Source of the DNA: Acidobacteriota bacterium
GTDB taxonomy: Bacteria; Acidobacteriota; UBA6911
DNA length: 56,055 bases
Direction: 5' to 3'
NCBI GenBank assembly: GCA_017860135.1
Contig: JAFNAG010000012.1
Location: 1-56,055, forward strand
Position 1 is the first letter of the stretch. Every line of letters starts with the position of its first letter. Below, piece after piece: positions 56,009-56,055 of this stretch. The notes beneath the pieces are model-generated. The model was not told where the DNA came from, ran no database searches, and worked only from the letters and a program-made list of their open reading frames with translations. The position numbers and the translations under genes are program-made.

Positions 56009-56055
56009 GCGTCCAATGCCTCGCGAATTGCATTCGCGTCGATCAGCCGGCCTGA
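55999..56055 (-). CDS. possible 3' end of a minus-strand gene that continues beyond the window
   Basis: The minus frame is open from the window edge and reads ...SGRLIDANAIREALDAIK-TAA, with the stop at 56001-55999. Only 18 codons are visible, so it cannot be evaluated. Confidence 0.25.
   Translation of the reverse strand, partial: SGRLIDANAIREALDAIK

Overview
This is a high-GC bacterial chromosomal segment. In single 60-nt lines that I spot-counted, most genes are about 62-70% GC. I call about 46 protein-coding genes and saw no rRNA, tRNA or CRISPR array. The gene style (BNR/sortilin-like exoprotein, Tat-signal TldD, many motif-built intergenic palindromes) suggests a soil or sediment lineage such as Acidobacteriota, but that is inference only. 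Left to right the window holds: a GH127-DUF1566 fusion (5' truncated), pmbA-tldD, a membrane protein, a secreted hydrolase-like protein, an XPB-like helicase plus DUF790/Bax1-like nuclease operon, a Cu-type P1B ATPase, an AMIN-domain protein, a low-GC LysM/PG-binding two-gene module, MITE copy A, a DtxR-FeoA regulator with feoB, a D-Cys desulfhydrase-family enzyme, and dinB. Next comes a C1/corrinoid island: folD, a MetF-MetV fusion, a C_GCAxxG_C_C protein, a corrinoid protein, a low-GC orphan vapC with a decayed antitoxin, a URO-D-family methyltransferase, DUF1638, a pterin-binding methyl-THF:corrinoid methyltransferase, fhs and panB. After that: MITE copy B, an unrecognisable 421-aa protein, an IGPD (HisB) paralog lacking both His-His motifs, glgC, a REC-FHA-GAF-PP2C phosphatase, nfo, an APC permease, a GNAT-ACD fusion, pcrA/uvrD, a BNR-repeat exoprotein, a GS-family protein, and a marR-DUF362(Tat)-polyferredoxin-lipoprotein operon. 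Six things are most worth a second look. (1) Two inverted copies of a ~235-bp MITE, each with its own 9-bp target duplication and the same end facing a downstream gene. (2) The corrinoid methyltransferase / THF methyl-oxidation island, split by a toxin gene. (3) The unknown 421-aa protein paired with a metal-site-less IGPD. (4) The XPB/DUF790 pair with a ~150-aa unassigned C-terminal extension. (5) The Cys-tailed MarR / Tat-DUF362 / polyferredoxin / lipoprotein operon. (6) A 227-bp nested palindrome and a wider class of motif-built palindromes. I did not identify one clear previously undescribed system; these are candidates. All family calls come from motif recognition by eye. No database search, folding or alignment program was run.
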